A stretch of DNA of 64,000 bases from an uncultured Actinomycetes bacterium (GTDB lineage Bacteria; Actinomycetota; Acidimicrobiia; Acidimicrobiales; Iamiaceae), in contig CAVXRS010000010.1 in assembly GCA_963764215.1 (NCBI GenBank), positions 59,153 through 123,152 on the forward strand. The letters run 5' to 3'. Below are positions 8,616-16,763 of the stretch, piece after piece. The notes under the pieces were generated by a model that did not search any database, was not told where the DNA came from, and saw only the letters and a list, made by a program, of their open reading frames with translations. Each line of letters begins with the position of its first letter. Positions within the stretch are counted from its first letter, which is position 1. The translations under genes were made by a program, and so were the position numbers.

Positions 8616-11408
8616 TCAGCTGCAGCCCGACGTGCTCCCACAACTCGGGCAGGCGTGGCACGATCCGGCCCGCTGCATCTGCACCCCACATTGCATGCAG
8701 TACGGGGCATCCGAATGCACGGGCGCGTGGCTCGTGGCCTCGGCCTCGATCCGGGCGATCAGCTCCGTGGCCGACTCGATCGAGGGCGGGTCGGCGGGCA
8801 CGTCATGACCCTGGACCGTCTCGGCCACCGATTCGGCCACGCCGGGCAGCGTCGGTTCGGTGCGCTCGTCGATCGTGAAGATGTTGAGCTCGGCCCGCTC
8901 CTCGAAGCTCAGATAGTCGACGGCCAGACGACGGAAGATGTAGTCCAGCAGCGACGATGCGAAACGGATGTCCGGGTCGTCGGTCATCCCGGCGGGTTCG
9001 AAGCGCATGTTGGTGAACGCCTCGACGAAGCTGCGCAGCGGCACCCCGTACTGGAGTCCGTGCGACACCGAGATGGCGAACGCGTCCATGATGCCCGCAA
9101 GGGTGGAACCCTGTTTGGAGACCCGCAGGAAGACTTCTCCGGGTCGACCGTCGGCGTATTCGCCGACGTGGACGAAGCCTTTGCAGTCGGCCACCCGGAA
9201 TTGGAACGTCCGGCTGGTGCGCTGCCGGGGCAGCTTCTCGCGCACCGGGGTCTTGATGACCTTCTCGACGATCTTCTCGACCAGTTCGCCGGCCACGGTC
9301 GCGCTGTCGCCGTCCTTGGTGGCCATGGCCAGCGGTTGGGCGACCTTGCAGTTGTCCCGGTAGATGGCGATCGCCTTGATGCCGAGCTTCCACGCATCGA
9401 TGTGGAGCTGCTCGACGTCCTCGACGGACACGTCCTCGGGCATGTTCACCGTCTTGGAGATGGCGCCGGAGATGAACGGCTGGACCGCCCCCATCATCTT
9501 GACGTGGCCCAGGTAGTGGATCGCGTTGTCGCCCATCGAACAGGCGAACACGTCGGTGTGCTCGGCGGCCAGGTGCGGCGCCCCGAGGATGGACTTGTTC
9601 TCGTCCACATAGGCGACGATGTCGGCGATCTGGTCGTCGGCGTAGCCCAGGCGGTGCAGGGCCCGGGGAAGGGACCGGTTGACGATCTGCATCGTGCCAC
9701 CACCGACCAGGGTCTTGACCTTGCACAGGCCCAGATCGGGTTCGATGCCGGTGGTGTCGCAATCCATCATCAGCCCGATCGTTCCCGTCGGCGCCAGCAC
9801 CGAGGCCTGGGCGTTGCGCACCCCGAAGGTCTCGGCCAGGTCGCAGGCGGTGTCCCAGGACCGCTGCGCCGCGTCGAGCACCTCGGCGGGGACCAGCTCC
9901 TCGTCGATGTGCGCCGCGGCCTCGCGGTGCTGGTCGAGCACGCGCAGCATCGGCTCGCGGTTCTCCGCGAAGCCCGCAAAAGGTCCCATGCGAGCGGCGA
10001 TCCGCGCCGAAGTCGCGTAGCTGTGGCCGGTCATCAACGAGGTGACCGACGCGGCCCAGGCCCGCCCGGCGTCCGAGTCGTAGGCCAGACCCAGGTTCAT
10101 CAGCAACGCCCCGAGATTGGCGTAGCCGATGCCGAGTTGACGGAACCGTCGTGCGTTCTCACCGATCGGTTCGGTCGGGTAGTCGGCACGGCCGACCAGG
10201 ATCTCCTGCGCGGTGAACACGAGACCGACCGAGTGCTCGAATGCCGCGACGTCGAAGGAGTCGGTGGCGTCGTCGCTGTTCAGGAACGCGAGCAGGTTCA
10301 TCGAGGCGAGGTTGCAGGCCGAGTTGTCCAGGTGCATGTACTCGCTGCACGGGTTCGATCCGTTGATCCGTGCGGTGTTCGCCGCCGTGTGCCAACGGTT
10401 GATGGTCGTGTCGAACTGCATGCCCGGGTCGGCGCACTCCCAGGTCGCCTGGGCGATCTGGCGGAACAGATCACGCGCCCGGACCGTCTGGATGACCTCA
10501 CCGCTGGTCACCGTCCGCAGGTGCCAGTCGTCGTCGTTCTCCACCGCCGTCATGAACTCGTCGGTCACCCGGACCGAGTTGTTCGCGTTCTGGTACTGCA
10601 CGGAATGGACGTCCATTCCGTCCAGGCTCATGTCGAACCCGGCATCACGCAGGACCCGAGCCTTGCGCTCCTCACGTGCCTTGCACCAGATGAACTCGGT
10701 GACATCGGGGTGATGCACGTCGAGGATCACCATCTTGGCCGCACGGCGGGTCTTGCCCCCCGACTTGATCGTCCCGGCCGATGCATCGGCGCCCCGCATG
10801 AAACTCACCGGGCCGGACGCCGTGCCCCCACCCTGGAGCAGTTCCGCGGACGACCGGATCTTCGACAGGTTGACGCCGGCACCGGAGCCGCCCTTGAAGA
10901 TCACGCCTTCCTCCCGGTACCAGTTCAGGATCGAATCCATGGTGTCGGTGACCGAGAGGATGAAACACGCCGACGCCTGCTGGGGCACGCCCGGAACGCC
11001 GATGTTGAACCACACCGGCGAATTGAACGCGGCCCGCTGGGTGATCATCAGGTACTTCAGTTCGTCACGGAAGGTTGCCGCCTCCCGGTCGTCGACGAAG
11101 TACCCACCCTCGACGCCCCAAGCGGTGATGGTGTCGACGACCCGATCGACGACCTGTTTGAGCGAGGACTCCCGCTCCGGGGTCCCCACGGTGCCCCGGA
11201 AGTACTTCTGGGCGACGATGTTGGTGGCGTTCTGGGACCAGAACTCGGGGAATTCCACGTCGCGCTGCTCGAAGGCGACCGAGCCGTCCTGGTGGTTCTC
11301 GATGCGCGCGTCGCGCCGCTCCCAGGTCACCAGGTCGTAGGGATCAACCCCCACCTCGGTGAAACGACGTTCGAATTCGAGGCCGGTCTGGGTCGGTGCC
11401 AGAGTCAT
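8616..11408 (-). CDS. nrdJ: Class II (adenosylcobalamin-dependent) ribonucleotide reductase
   Basis: Roughly 930-aa RNR core with a C-terminal Cys-rich tail (CMQCG...CHACPSCG). ATG at 11408 is preceded by GAAGAGGG. The ORF-track start at 11519 was trimmed. Confidence 0.9.
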   Translation of the reverse strand: MTLAPTQTGLEFERRFTEVGVDPYDLVTWERRDARIENHQDGSVAFEQRDVEFPEFWSQNATNIVAQKYFRGTVGTPERESSLKQVVDRVVDTITAWGVEGGYFVDDREAATFRDELKYLMITQRAAFNSPVWFNIGVPGVPQQASACFILSVTDTMDSILNWYREEGVIFKGGSGAGVNLSKIRSSAELLQGGGTASGPVSFMRGADASAGTIKSGGKTRRAAKMVILDVHHPDVTEFIWCKAREERKARVLRDAGFDMSLDGMDVHSVQYQNANNSVRVTDEFMTAVENDDDWHLRTVTSGEVIQTVRARDLFRQIAQATWECADPGMQFDTTINRWHTAANTARINGSNPCSEYMHLDNSACNLASMNLLAFLNSDDATDSFDVAAFEHSVGLVFTAQEILVGRADYPTEPIGENARRFRQLGIGYANLGALLMNLGLAYDSDAGRAWAASVTSLMTGHSYATSARIAARMGPFAGFAENREPMLRVLDQHREAAAHIDEELVPAEVLDAAQRSWDTACDLAETFGVRNAQASVLAPTGTIGLMMDCDTTGIEPDLGLCKVKTLVGGGTMQIVNRSLPRALHRLGYADDQIADIVAYVDENKSILGAPHLAAEHTDVFACSMGDNAIHYLGHVKMMGAVQPFISGAISKTVNMPEDVSVEDVEQLHIDAWKLGIKAIAIYRDNCKVAQPLAMATKDGDSATVAGELVEKIVEKVIKTPVREKLPRQRTSRTFQFRVADCKGFVHVGEYADGRPGEVFLRVSKQGSTLAGIMDAFAISVSHGLQYGVPLRSFVEAFTNMRFEPAGMTDDPDIRFASSLLDYIFRRLAVDYLSFEERAELNIFTIDERTEPTLPGVAESVAETVQGHDVPADPPSIESATELIARIEAEATSHAPVHSDAPYCMQCGVQMQRAGSCHACPSCGSTSGCS

Positions 11409-11488
11409 GAACAATCCCTCTTCTCGGGTTGGTGGTTGCAGGAGATCGCGGACAGCGGACGCCAACGACGCCGCCGACCACAACACCT

Positions 11489-11536
11489 TGTCGTGATGTA
11501 GGTCCCCTCGTGGGTGCAACCCACAAGATGTAGGGG
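11489..11536 (-). promoter_or_regulatory. Candidate NrdR box (11521-11536) plus a weaker repeat of its half-site 32 bp away (11489-11504)
   Basis: CCACAAGATGTAGGGG matches about 11/16 of the published NrdR-box consensus acaCwAtATaTwGtgt. GATGTAGG recurs 32 bp away. The site is 80-130 nt upstream of nrdJ. Confidence 0.3.
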
Positions 11537-11885
11537 TAAATTACAGCACAGTAGTTCCCCGCGTGTCAACGGTCACCGCGACACAAACACCCAGGTCCAA
11601 GGGGGTTCGCGAAAATTCGCAATCCGGCGACGCTGCCGCATCCCTCACCAAGCGCACCAGGAAGACCTCGCGCTCCAGCTCTTCCGAACGTTTGCGTCGC
11701 GGGACCGTGACACTCGGTCCACCCTAGGAGGCGCCGCCTGTGGATCGCTAGGGGCGCAACCCTGTGAATTTCGGACCCCGAACCGTGGACGAAGGGTGGA
11801 CGACCCTGGGGACGACCGATCGATTTTCCACAGCTACCACGTCCCGACCGGCTCGATGGCGGGTGCGGGTGCCCTTCCCGAAGGC

Positions 11886-12785
11886 TCAGGCGCGTCGGCG
11901 CGTGGCGACCGGCGAAGGTCGGCGACGACCGGTATCGGCCGCGGTCGCCGGGATGCCGCTCACCGGCCTGCCGAAGCCCTCCAGGCCGTCGACCGCTGCC
12001 AGCTCGTACGCGATCGACGTCACCAGCGATCCCGCCATCATGATCGACAGATGGCCGTGGTCCTTCATCAGGATGTTCGTCGGGTCGAGCGTCGGCTCGA
12101 GCATCATCGCCCGCCTTCCGGGAACCAGCAGATCCAGGTTCGAGTAGTAGGCCACGAAATGCGTGTCGGGCAGGCGCCGGGTCGTCGCCCACATCTCCCG
12201 CAGATACGCCGAGCCCGGTCGCAGCTGCTCCCCGATCGTGGTCCGGCCGCCGGTCAAGGGGCTGAGGCGGGCCAGATCGACACCACCGTGCGGGGTCGCC
12301 ACCGTCACCACCGAGGCGGCCTCGGCAAGCCCGAAGGTCTGCACGGCGCGTCGGATCACCAGTCCACCCAACGAGTGGCCCACCAGGTGGATCCGGTCGG
12401 CGCCGGTCGCGGCCATGACCTCGTGCGCCCGCAGGACGCAGGTCTCGGCGAGTCGATCGACGTCGGCGTGCCGTGCCCGGTAGTTCATCGCATGAATCTC
12501 GCCGAAGCCGGCCGCCCGGAGCGCCCGCTCGACGAAATACCAGTTCGACTTGTTCGCCAGATACCCGTGTACCAACAACACGGGCGTCTCCGAACCGTGG
12601 CCCCCCGAAGCGGCGCGCACCCGACCTCCCGGCCCGGCGTCGAGGAATCCGAAGGGATACAGCGCGCTGGTCACCAACCCGGAAGCCACCTCCCGCACCT
12701 GGGTGGGCAGGGTCTGGGGGCGGCGGGCGCCACGGGCCACGGCGCCGAGCATCTTGGTCCCCTGTTCCAGATACTTCTGCACCAT
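11886..12785 (-). CDS. Alpha/beta hydrolase (lipase/esterase-like)
   Basis: Nucleophile elbow GHSLGG and VLLVHG. ATG at 12785 is preceded by AGGAGA. The ORF-track start at 13010 was trimmed. Confidence 0.7.
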   Translation of the reverse strand: MVQKYLEQGTKMLGAVARGARRPQTLPTQVREVASGLVTSALYPFGFLDAGPGGRVRAASGGHGSETPVLLVHGYLANKSNWYFVERALRAAGFGEIHAMNYRARHADVDRLAETCVLRAHEVMAATGADRIHLVGHSLGGLVIRRAVQTFGLAEAASVVTVATPHGGVDLARLSPLTGGRTTIGEQLRPGSAYLREMWATTRRLPDTHFVAYYSNLDLLVPGRRAMMLEPTLDPTNILMKDHGHLSIMMAGSLVTSIAYELAAVDGLEGFGRPVSGIPATAADTGRRRPSPVATRRRA

Positions 12786-12903
12786 GTCCGGGAGGTCTCC
12801 TCGTGGGCACACGTGACGTCGCAGGTGGCTGCTCGCGACCGCGAGCACCGTTGGATGATCGGCGGAGGACCGGGGAACCTGAAGTCCAGCGTTCGGTCGT
12901 AAC

Positions 12904-12927
12904 GCGAATGACACGAATGTCATTCGC
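12904..12927. promoter_or_regulatory. Perfect 10-bp inverted repeat with 4-nt spacer (GCGAATGACA cgaa TGTCATTCGC), candidate operator
   Basis: Read directly. It is an AT-rich palindrome in the divergent intergenic region, about 40 nt upstream of the ATG at 12965. Confidence 0.4.
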
Positions 12928-12964
12928 CGCGCCTGGCGGGGAATGCGACCTAGTCTCGTCGCCC

Positions 12965-13708
12965 ATGCGCCAACTGCTGCCCCGACCGATCGACGAGATC
13001 GACGCCGCACGGTGCTATCTGGACGACCGGCGGGAGCCGGTCGGGGCCCGGCCCTGGGTGGCGGTGAACATGGCGGTCACCGCTGATGGCGCGACGGCGC
13101 TGACGGGTCGCTCCGGGGGAATCGGTGGCGACGGCGACCGGGCGGTGTTCCACGCCCTCCGGAGCGCCGCCGACTTCGTGCTGGTCGGCGCCGGGACCGC
13201 GTGGGCCGAGAACTACGGTCCGGTCCGGATTCCCGAAGACCACCACCACATTCGACTCGCCCAGGGTCGTCCCGGTCCCGCCCGCATCGCCGTCGTCACC
13301 GCGAACGTGTCCCTCGACCCGTCCGCCCGGCTCTTCTCGGACCCGGACCAGGTTCCGTTGATCTACACGGTCGATCGCGCCCCGGAGGACCGCTTGGACG
13401 CACTCCGGGCCGTGGCCGAAATCGTCCGGGTGGGTGCCGTGAGCGTCGATCTCCGTGCAGTTCTGGCCGATCTTGCGGCACGAGGCGCGCGTTGCGTCGT
13501 CTGCGAGGGTGGACCATCGCTGAACGGTCAGCTCCTGGCCGCCGGGCTGGTCGACGAATGGTGTCTGACGACCGGGCCCCTCCTGGCGGGCGGGCCGTCC
13601 GCCCGCGCCGCGAGAGGGGACGAGTTCGTTGCGCCGCTCCCCGTCCACCTCGATCGTCTCTTGAGCGACGGTCGAGATCTCATCGCCCGCTACGTCGTCG
13701 ATCGGTGA
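12965..13708 (+). CDS. RibD C-terminal domain (DHFR-like pyrimidine reductase family) protein
   Basis: VAVNMAVTADGA, FVLVGAGT, CEGGPSLNGQLLAAGLVDEW. The first 164 codons of the track ORF overlap the hydrolase antisense and were trimmed. Confidence 0.65.
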   Translation: MRQLLPRPIDEIDAARCYLDDRREPVGARPWVAVNMAVTADGATALTGRSGGIGGDGDRAVFHALRSAADFVLVGAGTAWAENYGPVRIPEDHHHIRLAQGRPGPARIAVVTANVSLDPSARLFSDPDQVPLIYTVDRAPEDRLDALRAVAEIVRVGAVSVDLRAVLADLAARGARCVVCEGGPSLNGQLLAAGLVDEWCLTTGPLLAGGPSARAARGDEFVAPLPVHLDRLLSDGRDLIARYVVDR

Positions 13709-13712
13709 GCCC

Positions 13713-14192
13713 TCAATGGCGCTTCGGCGTCGTCGCCTTGGTGAGGAGTCTGGCCTCCCGGGCGAAATCCGATGCGTCGTCGAACTCCTTGTAGACGCTG
13801 GCAAAGCGGAGATACGCGACCTGGTCGAGCTCGCGGAGACCCTCGAGCACGTCGATCCCGATCTGCTCGGTCGTGAGCACGCCGAGTCCTTCGCCACGTG
13901 CTCGTTCCTCCACACCGGTGGCGAGGTTCTCGATCGCCGCATCGGACACGGGACGGTTCTTGCACGCCGCCCGCACTCCCTCGATGATCTTGGTCGCCTC
14001 GAAGGGCATCCGGTCACCCGAACGCTTCACGACGACCAGGTTCACCGATTCGATCCGCTCGAAGGTGGTGAAGCGATGTGCGCAGCCTTCACACGCACGC
14101 CGACGCCGGATCGCCCGGCCGTTGTCGACGCTCCGGGAATCGACCACCTTGTCGTCATCTGCACCGCATTTTGGACACTGCACGCCGCGCAC
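13713..14192 (-). CDS. nrdR: Transcriptional repressor NrdR
   Basis: Zinc ribbon CPKCG...CEGCAHRFTTFE followed by an ATP-cone. Confidence 0.9.
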   Translation of the reverse strand: MRGVQCPKCGADDDKVVDSRSVDNGRAIRRRRACEGCAHRFTTFERIESVNLVVVKRSGDRMPFEATKIIEGVRAACKNRPVSDAAIENLATGVEERARGEGLGVLTTEQIGIDVLEGLRELDQVAYLRFASVYKEFDDASDFAREARLLTKATTPKRH

Positions 14193-14232
14193 GGTACTCG
14201 CCGAGCGTCGTCGGCGTCTGCCTCCGGCCGCG

Positions 14233-14673
14233 TCACCCGCGGGGCGACAACGAGCCGAGGGCGATCCGGTCGCCCGGTTGGAGAGCTCCCGGACCGTGCG
14301 TGGCCGCGAGCCGATCGACCAGGCCGCTCACGTCACCGCTCGGTTGCAGCCGTCGGGCGATCGAGGTGAGGGTGTCGCCGCTCTGGACGACGATGACCGG
14401 CCCGCGCGTGGCCGTCGGCCGGGCCGCGCTGGGCCTGACCGGCGACTGCGACGGCGCATCGATGACGGAGAACGCCACGGCCGAGCCGACGACGAGTGCC
14501 ACTGCGACCCCGAACGCGACAAGTACCCGGATCGCCCGTTGCCGTTTGCGCGCCCGGATCGCCGAGCCGGCTGGGCGTCCGCCCTGGATGAGCCGCAGGA
14601 CGGGCGGGCGGAAGGCCGGGTTCGCATCGTCGGCGAAGGGGACAGCGGTTCGTGCGGTGAAGATCTGAGCCAT
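14233..14673 (-). CDS. LysM-domain membrane protein (Rv2719c-like), divergent from lexA
   Basis: One TM helix and a C-terminal LysM domain (VVQSGDTLTSIARRL...LQPGDRIAL). Its position between nrdR and lexA matches mycobacteria. Confidence 0.7.
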   Translation of the reverse strand: MAQIFTARTAVPFADDANPAFRPPVLRLIQGGRPAGSAIRARKRQRAIRVLVAFGVAVALVVGSAVAFSVIDAPSQSPVRPSAARPTATRGPVIVVQSGDTLTSIARRLQPSGDVSGLVDRLAATHGPGALQPGDRIALGSLSPRG

Positions 14674-14762
14674 GCGGTCACGCTCCCAGATGGGTGGGAC
14701 ATTTTCTCGATGCTCGAGCAACGGGCCGGTGCGGGAACACCTGTTCGACCATCAGCAAAGCA

Positions 14763-14776
14763 CGAACACCCGTTCG
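14763..14776. promoter_or_regulatory. SOS (LexA) box CGAACACCCGTTCG
   Basis: Matches the actinobacterial TCGAAC-N4-GTTCGA type. It lies in the lexA/LysM divergent region. Confidence 0.8.
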
Positions 14777-14789
14777 GGTCAAGACCGAA

Positions 14790-14805
14790 TCGAACAAATG
14801 TTTGA
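14790..14805. promoter_or_regulatory. SOS (LexA) box variant TCGAACAAATGTTTGA
   Basis: Same palindrome type with one mismatch in the right half. Confidence 0.65.
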
Positions 14806-14835
14806 AATTTGCCCACGCGACGGGTACCATGGTCC

Positions 14836-14849
14836 CGAACACCCGTTCG
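14836..14849. promoter_or_regulatory. SOS (LexA) box CGAACACCCGTTCG
   Basis: Identical 14-mer to 14763-14776, located 35 nt upstream of the lexA ATG. Confidence 0.8.
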
Positions 14850-14883
14850 TGCCGCCGGCGGCACGGTCCCCGAAAGGTGCACG

Positions 14884-15517
14884 ATGACCACGAATCAGCT
14901 CACCTCCCGTCAACTCCAGGTCCTCGAGTGCATCGAGGCTTCCATGCGCGATCGTGGGTATCCGCCCTCGGTCCGTGAGATCGGCGATGTCGTCGGCCTG
15001 ACCTCCCCTTCCAGCGTCCATGCGCACCTCTCCACGCTGCAACGACTGGGATATCTGCGACGTGATCCGACCAAACCGCGGGCGATCGAGGTGTGCTACG
15101 ACCCGCTCTCGGGGGCGCACGTCGAGCGTCGCCCCACCCGCCACGTCCCCATCGTCGGGGACGTCGCCGCCGGAACCGACGTGCTCGCCGAGGAGAACAT
15201 CACCGAGATCTTGCCGATCCCCGAGGACCTGACCGGTGACGGTGACCTGTTCATGCTGCGGGTGCGGGGCGACTCGATGATCGACGTGGGAATCTTCGAC
15301 GGCGACTTCGTCGTGGTGCGTTCCCAGCCGACTGCCGAAGAACGGCGAGATCGTCGTCGCCGGCATTCCCGGCGACGAAGCGACCGTGAAGACCTACCGC
15401 CGCGACGGTGCCACCATCACCTGCTCCCCTCCAACGAGCGGCTCTCTCCGATGGACGTTCCCCGCCGACGAGGTCACGATCTTCGGGCGGGTCGTGACCG
15501 TGCTCCGCAAACTCTGA
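14884..15517 (+). pseudogene. lexA: LexA repressor; reading frame broken near the 3' end (pseudogene or assembly indels)
   Basis: MTTNQLTSRQLQVLECIE..., cleavage site VAAG and catalytic GDSM are intact up to SQPTAE. The homologous tail NGEIVVAGIPGDEATVKTY / LLPSNERLSPM / TFPADEVTIFGRVVTVLRKL* alternates between two frames. The 634-nt length is not a multiple of 3. Confidence 0.85.
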
Positions 15518-15526
15518 TCCTCTCCG

Positions 15527-15650
15527 GTCCGGAATGCCGGCGTCGGTGACCTGGAACCTGGCGTCCGGAATCCAAGGACGCAGGACGAAGCGCATACATG
15601 ATGCGGTGAGGACGAGGACGCCGGAGTCCGGAATGCCAGGTCCAGGTCAC
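15527..15650. repeat. Imperfect long inverted repeat plus three GTCCGGAAT copies between convergent lexA and dapE (possible bidirectional terminator)
   Basis: The arm at 15546-15571 pairs with 15626-15650 with a few mismatches. There is an inner CGCAT-ACATG-ATGCG hairpin. GTCCGGAATGCC occurs at 15527 and 15626. Confidence 0.5.
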
Positions 15651-16752
15651 AGGCCCTGGGTGACCAGGGCGCGGATCACCCGGTAGCACCACTCCAGGGG
15701 TCTGCGTTCGAGCCGCTCGTCCGGTGCATGGGCGAGTTGGACGCACCGGGGCCGAAGTTCAGCGCCGGGATGCCGTGCGCGGCGAATCGGGCGACATCGG
15801 TCCAACCGAGCTTGGCCGTCGACCGACAGATCGGCACGGCCGATGAACGCGGCCACCAGCGGATTCGTCAGACCCGGAAGCGCCCCGGCCGCGGCGTCGA
15901 CCACCGTGAACGTGTCGTCGTCCTCGAGGACGTCGTCCACCACGCTGACGGACGAACGCCTCGGCCTCCTCGGGTGAGCGGTCCGGCGCGAAGCGGTGAT
16001 TCAGGGTGACCTCCGCTTCGTCGGGCACGACGTTGGCCGCCACGCCCCCTGCCACGCCGACCGCCTGGAGGGCCTCGCGGAACTCCAGTCCGTCGAGGAC
16101 CGGTCGGCGCAGCGGCGCTTCCTCGACCGCGACCCAGGAGTCGACCGAGCCGATGGATGGCATTGCGCCCCATCCACGGCCTGGCACTGTGCGCCCGCAG
16201 GCCCCGTAGTCCGACGACCACCCGGATCGTCCCCTGGCAGCCGGCCTCGACCTGCCCGTCGGTCGGCTCGCCGATCAGTGCCAGATCACCGGCGACCAGG
16301 TCCGGACGCGCCGCCAGCAGCTCGGCGAGCCCACTCTCGGCAGCAGCGACCTCTTCGCGGGCATAGAACACATAGGTCACGTCCATCGCAGTGGCGACGA
16401 GCGAGCGGGCCAGGGCGAGCTGAATCGCCAGGCCGCCCTTCATGTCGGCCGAGCCGAGGCCCCAGAGGGTGTCACCCTCGATGCGGGCCGAGGCGTTGCC
16501 GTTCGCCGGCACCGTGTCGGTGTGCCCGGCCAGCACGACCCGCTGTGGTCGCCGCTGATTCGTGCGGGCGACCAGGTTGTCGCCGACCCGTTCGACCTGC
16601 AGGTGATCCAGGCTCCGGAGTTCGGCCTCCAGCCAGTCGACGAAGGGGCCTTCGGCACGGCTCACCGAAGGTTGGCCGACGAGCTGGGCGGTCAGCGCCA
16701 GCAGGTCCTCGGGGAGTGCATCACCCGGATCCGTCCGGGCTTCGACCGACAT
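15647..16752 (-). pseudogene. dapE: Succinyl-diaminopimelate desuccinylase; at least 4 frame switches
   Basis: M20 peptidase homology ([79 protein letters not shown]) is spread over three frames. The 1106-nt length is not a multiple of 3. Confidence 0.8.
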
Positions 16753-16763
16753 GACCGGCCCGC

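Noticed and set aside
8022-11501. 1159-aa plus-strand ORF.
   Set aside because: It is antisense to nrdJ. It has the same shadow-ORF character (runs of R, G, D, V, H) and no recognisable domain.
11409-11885. Possible cobalamin riboswitch in the nrdJ leader.
   Set aside because: I looked on the minus strand for the B12-box (AGYCMGGAGACCKGCC-like) and the GCCACTG core. I found only a loose resemblance (CGGTCCCGCGACGC). B12 riboswitches are not the known control for nrdJ. This needs a cmsearch before any claim.
12473-12964. N-terminal 164 codons of the 411-aa track ORF (RibD-C protein).
   Set aside because: This stretch overlaps the hydrolase gene antisense and is Arg/Pro-rich. Domain homology starts only after the ATG at 12965.
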